Shown: one piece after another, positions 1 to 12,924 of the stretch
Position numbering within the stretch: the first letter of the stretch is position 1
Layout: every line of letters starts with the position of its first letter
DNA from: Eledone cirrhosa
Taxonomy: Eukaryota
Direction: 5' to 3'
DNA length: 64,000 nucleotides
NCBI GenBank assembly: GCA_964016885.1
Contig: OZ024746.1
Location: forward strand, 27,156,001 to 27,220,000
The notes under the pieces: generated by a model
Seen by the model: only the letters and a program-made list of their open reading frames with translations
Databases searched by the model: none
Told to the model about the DNA's origin: nothing
Made by a program: the position numbers and the translations under genes

Positions 1-139
1 ATGGTAATATTAATGCGTTGATGTATTGTTGTGTTGATATATATATATATATATATATACGGTGCTCCAGCATGGCCTGAGCCTGTCATCTGGAATACGT
101 AATAGAATAAGAGAAGTATTTGACTCGTATTTTATAATT

Positions 140-288
140 TTATTGACCCCTGCACTTAACTGATTCTATATTTTATCGACCCAGAAGGATGAAAGCAAAA
201 TTGACATCGGTGGGCTTTGAACTTAAAAAGTAGGAAATAAATACCGTAAGGCATTTTCGTCCTGTGTTCTAACAGTTCTGCGAAACCA
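140..288 (-). mobile_element. Degenerate tRNA-derived SINE fragment
   Basis: Shares the core 'ttttatcgacc..aaggatgaaag(g)caaa..tgac.tcgg..gg.tttgaact' with other copies in the window; the minus strand has a B-box-like AGTTCAAA. Confidence 0.7.
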
Positions 289-925
289 TTTTCATAAATT
301 GAAATACATTACATTTATTATAGAATTGTTATAGGATACGAAGAGTTATCGACCAGCTAGCGATTGTCTTTAGTACTTCTCCGTGAGTGCAATTCAATAT
401 AGAAGAAACCAAATTATAAGTAGTACTGCTCCAGGTAACGTTTAAAAGAAAACAGAACAAAATCGAAAATAAATTAAAAACAAAAACATTAAACAAAAAC
501 ATGGAGGTGGATGTTTTCTTACTGGACATTCTTTTCTTTATATTTATAATTTTATTTGTTATCATATTGAATCTATTTGCATCAAAGTATATTCAATGTT
601 ATTGTATTTCATATTTTCCTTAAATAACATAATCACCTTTCGATCTTTTATGTAAAGAAAGAATATTGAATTTTCTTGAAATACAAGAAAAAAAAAAAGT
701 ATTCCTTTTATAAGAAGTTATGAAATTGTTTGAAATCTATTTTGGAGGTTTGTTGTTTGTATATTTGTCAATAGGAAAAGCATCAAAAGAATATTAAAAG
801 AATGTCTGTATGTATGACATTTGACATTTCTTTACTTTGGTGTTACATTGCTTTCTCAGCTGTCCAGAAATCATGAATGAATGCTTCCGTGATAACATTT
901 CCAAACAGAACCAAATAGAAATCAA

Positions 926-1231
926 TTCTCTATTCTAAACATGTATTCTCTACTCTAATCATGTTCTTTATTTTAAACACATATTCTCTATTCTAAACAT
1001 GGATTCTCTACTCTAAACCTGTATTCCCTATTCTAAACATGCATTCTTTATCTTAAACATGCATTCTCTATTTTAAATATGTACTCTCTATTCTCAACAT
1101 GTATTCTCTATTTTAAACATGTATTCTATATTCTAAACATGTATTCTCTACCCTAACATGTATGCGTTATTCTGAACACGTAATTTTTTTTTTTAAACAC
1201 GTATTCTTTATTTTAAACATGTATTCTTTAT
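926..1231. repeat. Degenerate 20-bp minisatellite (TTCTCTATTCTAAACATGTA)n, about 15 copies
   Basis: Tandem units read directly. Confidence 0.85.
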
Positions 1232-2330
1232 TAATAAAAAGATAAAGATTAATATTTAAAATAGATAAACTTCAATAGATGTATTACTACATTGAGTGTG
1301 ACAGAAGCAAGAACGTTTTATCTATTTCAAATATTCAGATATAATAAAGAGAAAAATAATTTAATGAAAGTTTATGAAAGAGAAAAAAAGAAGAAAAGCA
1401 AGAAATAGGGAGTGGGCAAGCTCTACACCAAAGTTGGACGGTGTATCTTAGCCACTACACCCTACAAGCAATATGGTGAAAATATTGTTGTAGAAAACAG
1501 CCAGTGATACCCACTTCATCTGCCATGCCACCCTATAGAGTAAATACTACACTCTTGGCTGGGCGGTATATCTCAGCTGCCCCCTACAGATAAAATGAGG
1601 AAAGCATTGCTCCAGAGAACTGTCAGTAATACCCATTGCATCAGCCATACCACCTCACAGGGCTCCTCCTTCCTTAGGTGGGATGCCCTCGTTCCGGTTT
1701 GGCGGAGAAAATGTGGCAGTCAGTGGTTCGAGGAAGACATGGAAGGTCTCATTAAATTTTACATCCTATTCACTGCACTTGCATTCGATTTACCCTATGA
1801 CCCAGCATTCCCTCTTCCTCTTCCTCTATATCTCCCATTGTGGGATGACACTACTGCTCGAAAACTACTCACATCTGACACCTAACGCGCATCATTGACT
1901 TTTCTAGCTTGCTGAGAACATAGCGAGCACCCAAGTATTGTAAATTGGTAGCGCCATGATAAAGAGCGGACGATACTTCGACAAATAGCGAAGCCTAGGC
2001 TGGTAGCCGAACGCATATCAAACTAAATAGCTAATTTGGCTTGTACAAATAGGGAAAACAAAATTCAATACTCGGTTTAGAATGATATATATTCCATAAT
2101 AGCTGAGAAACTATAACAGTGACTCTGGTGATAGGTGTAATTTAGTGCTTCAGAGCAGTTTATCAAACAATTTTTAAGTGTCCTTTAGCATGAAACTTCT
2201 GGCTCTCGAGTCACTGGTATAGTGTTATAATTAAAATGTAATAGATATATAATTAGACGAAGGTGATTAAAGGTGATTAAATTATCAACAAACGTTTTTT
2301 TGGGGGTGGGGATACAATGAACTAATATAA

Positions 2331-2546
2331 TTGTTTCTACATTTAGCACAAGGCTAGTAATTTGAAGGGAAGGGAAAAGTCGATTAATTCGATTCCAGTG
2401 CGTTACTGGTACTTTATTTTATCGACCCTGTAAGGAGGAAAGGCAAAGCCAACTTCGCTGGTATTTGATCTCAGAACGTAAATGGCCGTAACTGTATGCC
2501 GCAAAACATGTCTGGCGCTCTACCAATTCTGCAACTCCACCACCCT
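2331..2546 (-). mobile_element. tRNA-derived SINE, near full length
   Basis: Same family as 31256, 36456 and 41275; the minus strand begins TTGCAGAATTGGTAG (A-box-like) and contains GAGATCAAATACC (B-box-like). Confidence 0.8.
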
Positions 2547-2599
2547 AATATAATATAATATAATGTACAATATTATACGATAATATAGCATAATATAAT

Positions 2600-2737
2600 T
2601 GGCAAATTGCCTGAGCCATTAGAGCATCGGGTTAAATGCTTCGGTATTTATCAGGCTCACTACATTCTAAGTTCAAATCTCGCCGATATAAACATTATAT
2701 TTCCTACTTTCGGACTCAATAAATAAAGTACCAGTTT
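2600..2737 (+). mobile_element. Degenerate SINE copy in the opposite orientation
   Basis: 'ttctaagttcaaatctcgccga...aaataaagtaccagt' is the reverse complement of the SINE core. Confidence 0.65.
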
Positions 2738-3754
2738 ACGGTCTCTGACATAGCTCTGCGCATTCTGTGTTCAAATCTTGCCTCTTTCTTTTCTTTTGCA
2801 TAATATAATATAATATACAGTATAATATAATATAATATATAATATACAATATAGTATGACACTGCTCAATTATTAGTATTAGGTGCACCAACTGGTTCCA
2901 CTATGTTTTTCTCACATTTCACTGGACATAACAAGATTGTCGGTTTGGGAAACTCATATAAAAAGACTTTTGAAGAATTCTAAAACCGTCTTTGGAAAAC
3001 ACTTCATGATAGAGCTCAATAATGTTGCCCTAATGATCTCTGTGTTAAGAGAAGAAATCAATTCACTCCCATATAACACCAAATTACAGGAGTGATTGAT
3101 ATTGAATTTACATATGCTATAGATTTTCTATTTTTATTTTGTTTCGTATATTTCTTTTGTTTGGTTTGTTCATCGAATAGAAAGAAATAGAAAGAAATTT
3201 GAAGCAACACATTCATAAAAGTAGAATTAGATTGTTTAGGGAAGGAATAGAAATGGAAGCCAAAGTAGAAGTAACTAAGTCTCTGTTGATGGAAGTATGG
3301 AAACGAAGTTCAAAGAAAATCACTATTTTCTATCAGTCTTCATAGCGTGAAGAACAAGCTATAGAACTGTAATATATAATACGGAAATAGACACTTGGCA
3401 ATCTTTCAACAAATAAAAGAAATCTTCAAAACCAGTGGAGTTAGTAGAAGATAACTATTGGCCAAAAGCCAATTCCTCACAGAAGAGACTTCTCTCGTTA
3501 ATATAACATTGATGCTAAAGACATTCGTTGGAAAAAATTCTTTCTTCTAAAGATATTTCTTATTTTATCCTACCATCAATTATTCTTTATTCATCGTTAT
3601 CTCTTCTCTCTTTATATGCATTATATATTTTTTCGTTCTCTCCTCCACCATACCAATAAAAATATTCTAATCTTCGAAGCAGTTTCACTTGATATATACA
3701 AATATACATACATACAGTTAAATACGCCTATATACACACGATTCCACGCTAATA

Positions 3755-3955
<201 letters not shown>

Positions 3956-5269
3956 ATTAGCTTTCTCCGATTATGTATTTATATACATATATATATATAT
4001 ATATAAATTGCTAGTCGTGTACTAGTAGATATTTATCGATCGATTGATCTAGATGTTTACCTATTTTCAATCAGGCACTTTATAATTAAATGCATAGTTT
4101 ATATTCGTATGCACATCTTCCGAACCAATCCTATGACAGCTTCCTCTTATTTATTTATTTATACTGATTTATTTCTTCAGCTATTTTTCAACTTAGGTGC
4201 ACATATATTTTTTTATCGATTTATTTTGCCATCAGCTATTATTTTCCTGCCATTAAGCACACATTCTTATTGCTTTCAGAGCCATTTTGAATTGCTGAAG
4301 CATCAAGGGAGATAAGTATACATGCTTTTGTAAGTTTGTGGGAGAAACTACAAATATATATCTGAATTTTAATGGCGCTCAATATTTTCTCTTTTCCTTC
4401 AATGTAGTTGTCAAAAATATATCTTTCTTTCTCTATCTGGCTGTCAGTTTGATGTTTGCTTTTATGTCAGTATATCTATAGAATAATATAGAACGAATAA
4501 AAATTCAATTTTCATCGTTAAATGACCTTCTTCTCCCATGATTTGCACTTAAAACAGCACGAATGTTTATTTACGATCAACAATGTTTACTTGACTATTC
4601 CATTTCCATTCTGCGTGATGTTTTCATTTAAACAGTACCATTGTTGAATGTAGGTCACATGAAGATATTAAGACCAGAAAAGTTTCTAAAGGTCAGTATT
4701 CCAGTCTCTTCAGCTTCATCCTCGATAGCTTATAACATTTAACTTTACCTTTCTCCTTTACTCTATCTGCACCATCCTTCTCTCCAATTTTATTTACAGC
4801 CATAAGATAAAGTTTTCTTGACATTAGACACCATGGGAATTTCTATGTAATTGCTTAATCTGCGAGAAATAGCAATATTTCTCAAATAATGGGTAGGTGC
4901 TTGAGATAATGAAGTCCTACATACACTATGTATGAATAAAAAAGACGTATTGGTCATATCTAAAACGCCTGCAGTTACAGCTGTTCGTTTAGAGTTGACC
5001 TGGGGCTGAGTCTAGAACTGGATCATTGTAGGTTAAAGCAAATGGAACATTACTTGTTAAACATATAATTGATAACAAAGCTGTTGGGATGTTACCTTAG
5101 AGTTGTTTAATGGTCCTTATATTTCGGGATAACATCCTAACATCAAAAGAATAATTAAGGAAAACTACTATACTATCTTTGTTATATTTCAAAAATATAA
5201 TACAATTACTGCTCCCCTTCCTGAATTCAGTTGCCAAAGTTACTTTAATTCATGATAAAAAGGAGCTAC

Positions 5270-5580
5270 GTCAGTTTTGACGATGAACGTTCCAGCTGTT
5301 AGATCAACTAAATGTTTAATTAATGAAATGACGTAAAGTGGTCAGGTATTTCACAGACAGGTGTACTCATAACCTAATTCCCAGGGAGATTCAGCGTAAT
5401 AAATTTAGGCTTGGCTGGACCTTTGAATTACAGTCCAATGTGTATCATAGTATAAGTGATTGGGTATTCCACAGATACGTATGCCCATAACCTAATTCTA
5501 AGAGAGATTCAGCCTGATGCTGTCACACTAGGCTGGACCTTTGAATTACATATAATTCTTGGAGAGATTTAGCGTGCCAT
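5270..5580. repeat. Interspersed repeat with an internal tandem duplication; related inverted copy near 19610-19750
   Basis: 'cataacctaattc...gagattcagc...ggctggacctttgaattaca' occurs twice; 'gacgatgaacgttccag' resembles the reverse complement of 'ctggaacattcgtcgtc' near 19721. Confidence 0.5.
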
Positions 5581-8055
5581 AATATGCGACACTATATGTA
5601 GAATCGATCAGACGGGCTTCTATACAATTTCTGTCTACACAATTACATTCACGAAGCTTAGGTAGATCCAGAGCTATGATAAATGGGGTTTGCTTAAGAT
5701 GAGTCGCACTAAGATCGAACCTAGCACTTTAGAATTATTTGTTGTTTGTACAGAGTTGTTACCCCCTCCTCCCATTACAATGTGTTCTTACACACTTCCT
5801 TCCGATTGTCTGCTTTCAAATCCCGATTTCAATGTCTATTATTATACATTTCAGTTTTGCAATAATACAGAGATACTTACACCTAGCTATAATATTAAAA
5901 TATTAAAAAATGTTTTGAGAAAATTAATATCGATCACCACCACCACCACTACCATCATCACACAATGCATTTCCTATATCCATCATGTTCTTCGCTTTTC
6001 TGTCACAAGTTTCTAGTCTTAAATTTGTCACAGTATATAGTTCTCCAAAGTTACTCATACATTCAATCCTGTTTGTCATTAGTACATATATGTTGAACAT
6101 TTACGTAGAAATAAATTATTAGAATATTCTCATCTTTTATCAGGGTTTCTCTAATGCAACCCATTAATTTATCAAATCAAATTTTTCAGTTTGTATAAAT
6201 GTTCATATATATAATTCTGGTTTATATGACATACCAATCGCGGAATAAAAAATGGAGTGCATTCAACATCATTGCCGTTATTATTGACAGTAGAGATCCA
6301 CTAGTATTATGGAAAAGTAAAAAAAAAAAATTACATATTGGTGTCTTGTAAAAGGAAAACAGGCGGAAAGCTATGTTGAAGGGGACAAAATAAGAGTACC
6401 ACAAAACTCTTACTGTAGTCAGATAACCACTATAATGTTCTTAAAATATAATTACTTTTATTACTCCCTATCTTTAATAAAATTGCCCAAGTTTCCTTCA
6501 TTCCAGATACATCGTCGTTATCTCTTCATACAATTTCCTTATTCACTCGTGTTATTTGAATATTTGTATTAACGATTCTTTAGGCTTGACAGACCTCATT
6601 TAACCGAAACGTGAAAAGGAAGTGAACCTTGCACCGTTAGATTTATCTGTTGTACTGCAAACAGCAAACACTATGATAAGAATGGACATAATTCCCACCT
6701 GCCCTCTGCAGCAACTTATTGCAAAGCTAATCAGGCTAGAAGACCATTAAATGAATATCCAAGGTGTGTTCTTCAAACTTATTAAATGTTTATATTGGTT
6801 ATATGAGCTTTAACACGTTTACGGTATTTCCTTTTCTTTCTTTCCTTTGTTCCTTCTCGTTTATCTTCATCCTAATGTCAGTGTGAGCTTCTTACCGAAG
6901 GAACACATACATCAACATAAACACACACATATTATACACACATTCACATACATTCATGCACATACACACATGTACATACACACACGCACACACGCACACA
7001 CGTACACATGTACATAAAAGTATTTATATGCAAACCTACACACACACAGACACACACACACACATATATATATATGTATACACACATATACTCTCACACT
7101 CACACATACATATATATGTGTACATACAAATATTTATATAAAAACACGCTCACACTCACGCATACATACACATTTAGACATGCATACATTGTCACACGTA
7201 AATAACATTATCTTCCTCAATGTCAGTTAGAAAATTATTGTTTAGCACAATTATTGTTGCTGTTATTGTCCTTCCAATTCGTAATTTTAAATATATAGCA
7301 GTAAATCAACCAACCTTTTCTAAATAGATTGTCTCTTTCATCAAACTAACCCCTTCGCTAAACCTTAGCTCATCTGGCGTGCAAGCAATCGGGGATTGCG
7401 TGTTTACCATTTTTACTTGCTTATAAAATTCATTACTTTAATTTGTATATACAGCTATTATGTACCGCCAGTTGAATATAATCTGACATGTGTCTCTTAT
7501 AATAAATTATCCCGCCATTCTTATGAAATAACTTTCTCCAGTAGAGTTACTCATGAACCACCACAAAAGTAAAGGCCACTAGATTCCCTATCCATTTCTT
7601 TTCTCCTTTCACCCATCTTTTTCAAGATTTTATTATGATTAATGTATGCACAACATGATCATTTTACTTCGGAACGCTTTCATTACAGCATTATCATCCA
7701 ACTGGCGTTTTTAAATGTATCATAATGTTGTTTATGTAGTTTTTTTATAATCCTTATTATCATTAATGGTTCGCCAAATTCTTCTCTTCCACTATGCACC
7801 CCCCCCCCCCCACACCTCATTCATTTGTTTGCCTTCTTCACTTCATAATATTTTTTTTGCAACTCTATATTTAGTCTATTTCGTTTCGCATTCATTAAAG
7901 TTTGTTTCCTTCTATTATTATTTGTATGCTTGTTTCCTGAATTCTATTTTTTGATACACCGTTTCTTCCATTTATTAGGTTTCAACAGTTTACTCATGAG
8001 AAGGTAAAATGTTTCAGCAAAGACGAGCAAATGAAAGGAATTGGTTATGGTATAT

Positions 8056-8141
<86 letters not shown>

Positions 8142-8145
<4 letters not shown>

Positions 8146-8269
8146 CCGTCGAAACGGCTTGAGTTCAGCCGTCGGGGTCCTACTTGTTCCTATTACCCAC
8201 TCTGCTACACTTAGTATTGAGTACTTTGTTGCGTTATGGTCCATCTGGTTCCTTACCACATTTCCTTCG

Positions 8270-8270
<1 letters not shown>
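8142..8270 (+). repeat. About 130-bp non-coding unit embedded in (TA)n; inverted homologue at 45253-45395
   Basis: Shared blocks tagcYgtcgaaa, cagccRtcggggtc, ttacccactctRctac, gagtact and gttatggtc. Confidence 0.75.
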
Positions 8271-8321
<51 letters not shown>

Positions 8322-8498
8322 CACTTTTGTTTTCATATTCACACATACATTTTCCTCCGCTGTGACCCGTCTATTTCATTCTTACTGCTTCCTCTTTCTC
8401 TGTATCTTTCACCTCCCTTTACCCTCTCTAACAGTCACTCTCTCTGTTAGCCTCTTCCTCACCCTTCACTCACTCACTCTCTGCTACTCCCTCTCCTA

Positions 8499-8765
8499 CT
8501 TCCTCCCGTTTGACCTGTGCGTAATTCTTTTCTCGCGCACACTTGACCAGGTTGGTTGTTCCTATTTTTTCTCTATTGTCTACGATTTCACAGAAGTTAT
8601 GTTCACCGAATTCAGGGACTAGACTCCTTCTTCCTCCCGTTTGACCTGTGCGGAATTCCTTCCTTGCTCACATTTCGACTAGGTTTGATAGTCTTTATTC
8701 TCTCTCGTCCACGATTTCACAGAACTTATATTCATAGAAGTCAGGGACTTGACTCCTTCTTCCTC
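8499..8765. repeat. Tandem duplication of about 131 bp
   Basis: 'ttcctcccgtttgacctgtgcg...acgatttcacagaa...tcagggact.gactccttcttcctc' occurs twice. Confidence 0.8.
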
Positions 8766-8936
8766 ACTTTTCGTTGCATTACCATCTTTGATTGTTTACA
8801 GTCTCGCTCGTTCCCTTTATTTACGTGTCCCAACGACTCTCTTTAACCGTTGCTCGCAACAACCGGAGGTATATGGTCTTTAAAGAGATGAAATACCAAT
8901 GAAGGTTGGAAGATCACTGATGAAGGACTAACTTTA

Positions 8937-9052
<116 letters not shown>

Positions 9053-9095
9053 AATTCAAAATATTAACAAAAATAGAACTTCTTGTGATCAAGTA

Positions 9096-9162
9096 TATTT
9101 TATTATACATATTTCAGAGGTACTGAGCTAACTTCAACAGTACGTCCTCATCAGATAAAATA
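9096..9162 (-). ncRNA. Minimal type I hammerhead ribozyme motif in a roughly 155-bp (TA)n-flanked unit
   Basis: Minus strand: TATTTTAT-CTGATGA-ggacGTACTG..CAGTACctct-GAAA-tatgta-TA-ATAAAATA, with a perfect 8-bp stem I. Confidence 0.8.
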
Positions 9163-9206
9163 AGATGATGCATGACATACCCTGACGAACCTTGTTTAAC
9201 CTTTAA

Positions 9207-9262
<56 letters not shown>

Positions 9263-9399
9263 GTATATATATATGGGCCCTAGCAGCATAGCAGCCCATT
9301 GTAGTATATATATATATATGTAGGAGGTGAGTTTTATTGTAGTATAATAAAGCAATGCGCATAATAAAATACATGGAACTCATTTAACCATCTTTTGAT

Positions 9400-9450
<51 letters not shown>

Positions 9451-9455
<5 letters not shown>

Positions 9456-9703
9456 CAAGATGGCGTAGGACAGAACAAAGGAGAGGCACAAAAACAAAGA
9501 AAAGAATCCCCAGTCACTGAAGAGGTCACAGAACGTGTGACAAAAGAACTTTGACAATATATGAACAACCGTCCGGTTGTGGAATCAACCAACCAACCGG
9601 AAATTTATAAATTCTTAAATTTATAAATTTAATTTATAATAAATTGGAGTGAAAGCAACTGGTGCGTGTGTTTCTTATTGGCAACATGACCCTCCCAAAG
9701 CAT

Positions 9704-9760
<57 letters not shown>

Positions 9761-9911
9761 CACATGTATATATATATGTATATATCCATGTATATATATA
9801 TATATATATTTATATATGTGTGTGTATATATATATGTATATATATATATATGTATATATATACATATATATATATACATATATATATACATATATATATA
9901 TACATATATAT

Positions 9912-9977
<66 letters not shown>

Positions 9978-10136
9978 GTATATGTATATATATATATGTA
10001 TATATATGTATATATATATGTATATATATATATGTATATATATACATATATATATATATACATATATATATACACACACATATATAAATATATATATATA
10101 TATATACATGGATATATACATATATATATACATGTG

Positions 10137-10174
<38 letters not shown>

Positions 10175-10191
10175 TCTCTCTATATATATAC

Positions 10192-10287
<96 letters not shown>

Positions 10288-10540
10288 ATGCTTTGAGAGG
10301 GTCATGTTGCCAATAAGAAACACACGCACCAGTTGCTTTCACTCCAATTTATTATAAATTAAATTTATAAATTTAAGAATTTATAAATTTCCGGTTGGTT
10401 GGTTGATTCCACAACCGGACGGTTGTTCATATATTGTCAAAGTTCTTTTGTCACACGTTCTGTGACCTCTTCAGTGACTGGGGATTCTTTTCTTTGTTTT
10501 TGTGCCTCTCCTTTGTTCTGTCCTACGCCATCTTGTTTTT
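9451..10540. repeat. Palindrome of about 1.1 kb: arms 9451-9710 and 10281-10540 around a mirrored TA-rich spacer
   Basis: The arms are reverse complements (the same ORF MVDSTTGRLF.. appears on both strands), and the interruptions in the microsatellite spacer are mirrored too. Confidence 0.9.
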
Positions 10541-11281
10541 GTGTGTGTTGTGTGCTTAGTCTGAGCATGTGTTACATCCGGGTATCTGTGTATGTTTATA
10601 TTCATTTATTTATTTGTTTATTTACATGTTACTGGTTGGTTGTTTGTTCTATGTGTGTGTTTTCATTTGGTCCTTAATTGTAAGTTGTGATGTTGCTATT
10701 CCATTCATGTTTGCTACTTAATTTTGGTTGGAGTTCATTTATGTTTATTGCCTCTGTGATTTGTCTAAACATTGCGTCTTTTCTGTGTGTAGATTCTATT
10801 TTATTTCTATGTTCTCTAATTTACCCATATGTTCTATTTTAGCATGTTGGTGGAGTACAGATGATTCTTTTCTATCTTGAAGCTCTCGCCAGTGTTCATT
10901 TATCCGTTCTCCTATACTACGAGCTGTCTCACCTATGTACACTATATTCTTATCTCTACATTCTCCTTCAGTACATCTTATACTATATACTACATTTCTA
11001 GTTTTACAGTTAATATGGGGACTTAGTTTACATTTTATACATTTCTTATCTATACAAGGAGGTCTTTGAAAAGGGTATGTATTGCTAATAAGTGTTTTTA
11101 TGGAGATACCTGGTCTTTCTACTATCTTAATATTGAGTTTATGTTTATCTAGGGCGCTTCTAAATTTGTAAGCTAATTCACCTCTAGTGGTTGTATTGAT
11201 GAACATTACACTCTGGTATTTATTGCTATCATACCATGAGTTTATTCTATTAACCTTATTCCTAGTTCTTTCTATTCTATT

Positions 11282-11285
<4 letters not shown>
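10281..11285 (-). mobile_element. 5'-truncated Penelope-like element (Neptune/Nematis-type linker plus GIY-YIG endonuclease and 3' UTR), (TA)n-flanked
   Basis: WY..YQSVMFINTTTRGELA..KIVERPG..PF..C4 zinc linker..VVYSIRC..YIGETARSIGERINEH; continues after a frameshift as DAMFRQITEAINI..PKLSSKHEWN to a stop near 10675. Confidence 0.85.
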
Positions 11286-11362
<77 letters not shown>

Positions 11363-11460
11363 TACAATGGGCTGCTATGCTGCCAGGGCCCACTCGCCAT
11401 TGGGCAACCTGGCAACCTGGCCAGTCCTCCACTGTATATATGTATATATATATATATACA

Positions 11461-11837
11461 GTGTAGAAGTTCTATTTAAATTGTTGGGATACCACAAGCA
11501 AATATTTTTATAACTGATATAAAGCACTCAACAAATTATTGGAGTAAAAATACGATATATTAACAAATGGAAACTATATTTATAAAACCATATTTATTTC
11601 ATTATACATATTTCAAGGACACCAAGTTAAATTATGGTGTGCTTTCATCACATAAAATATAATATAGAGCAGTTTTATAAATAAATATTGACATACTCTT
11701 AAAGAATGCGACCATTACTGCTCTATATTATATTTTATCTGATGAAAGCACACCATAATTTAACTTGGTGTCCTTGAAATATGTATAATGAAATAAATAT
11801 GGTTTTATAAATATAGTTTCCATTTGTTAATATATCG

Positions 11838-11840
<3 letters not shown>
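11461..11840 (+). mobile_element. Short fold-back PLE terminal remnant related to the 57-62 kb Naiad-like element
   Basis: Inverted arms 11551-11673 and 11717-11840, plus a roughly 90-bp left-only extension homologous to 57245-57336; (TA)n on both sides. Confidence 0.85.
11731..11795 (+). ncRNA. Minimal hammerhead ribozyme motif
   Basis: TATTTTAT-CTGATGA-aagcACACCA..TGGTGTcctt-GAAA-tatgta-TA-ATGAAATA; the mirror copy at 11595-11659 has the core mutated to GTGATGA. Confidence 0.8.
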
Positions 11841-11884
<44 letters not shown>

Positions 11885-12163
11885 TGGCGGTAGTATTTTA
11901 GGGACCAATGCTTTTCTTTCAAAAAATGAATTAGGTAAAAACCAAATCATAGTAGATTCAGATATCACAGAGAGAAAGAGAAGGGAGGGGGGGGGGGGAG
12001 AGAAATGAGGTACAACAGAAATGAAACTATTCTAGATTGACGAGAAACAAAACAAGGATGTAGTTTATGGAACACCCAAATTATTTAGAAGTAAACCTTA
12101 AGTAGGATCAATAACATTAAGAAAGACATTTTGTATTGAACATTTGGAAAGTAGGTTCATATG

Positions 12164-12405
12164 TATGAATTTTTAGTAGGCTTTCGTAGCTGTCTCAGTG
12201 GACTAGCAGTAGGTACTTGAGACGGTGGTTTAATCCCTGTCCCTTTCAATTCTTATTTTACATTCCATGGAAAAAAAAAACTGAAAAGGTTTACCGGGAT
12301 CCCTACCCCCGACTAGGATCGAACTTCAGACCAGGTTCATTACCACCTATGATTCCGCCAACTAGGCCACAGAGACAGCTACAAAAGTGCGATGAAAATT
12401 GATAA
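12164..12405. repeat. Small inverted-repeat element with tRNA-like Pol III boxes
   Basis: 'ctttcgtagctgtctcagtggactag' versus 'ctaggccacagagacagctacaaaag'; the minus strand has TGGCCTAGTTGG and GTTCGATCC. Confidence 0.55.
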
Positions 12406-12651
12406 TTATAAACGTACTTATAGTGGCCAATGGTTAGCTTTCAAAAAATAACTGTCTATTCAAAAGTCTAAGAAAGAATAAAGCTTTTTAAAAAATAAAT
12501 AAAAGAATTAAGCAAAGTATTTGGTCGACCAATTCCCCAGGGAATTAATAGGAAACTAAATATATGATAGTGCAAATAGCTGGAATCAGTGGTTGCACAT
12601 TCTACTAAATCTAAAGCTTAGTGTATTCATTCATGCATGCAAGCATACATA

Positions 12652-12710
<59 letters not shown>

Positions 12711-12924
12711 TGGGATGGACACACGCGTATAACTTGCTGAGTAAGTTCTGTTTAAATTTCTATAGAAATTCTTGTCTGATAACTTTAATTTTTGTACCAT
12801 TTTGTAGAGGGACTGCCAGGTCAAACTTTGATCTGGTCAGTCTCTCAAAATATTCTACGCCTTTAGGCGAAATAGTTAAACAAAAAAAAAAGTTTTTTCT
12901 TGTTGAAAAGTCAATATTTTTTAA

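Noticed and set aside
1440-3540. Short ORFs and coding-looking stretches (1595-1898, 2883-3095) as host exons
   Set aside because: No recognisable domain or consistent splice pattern; probably old repeat debris. A database search would be needed to decide.
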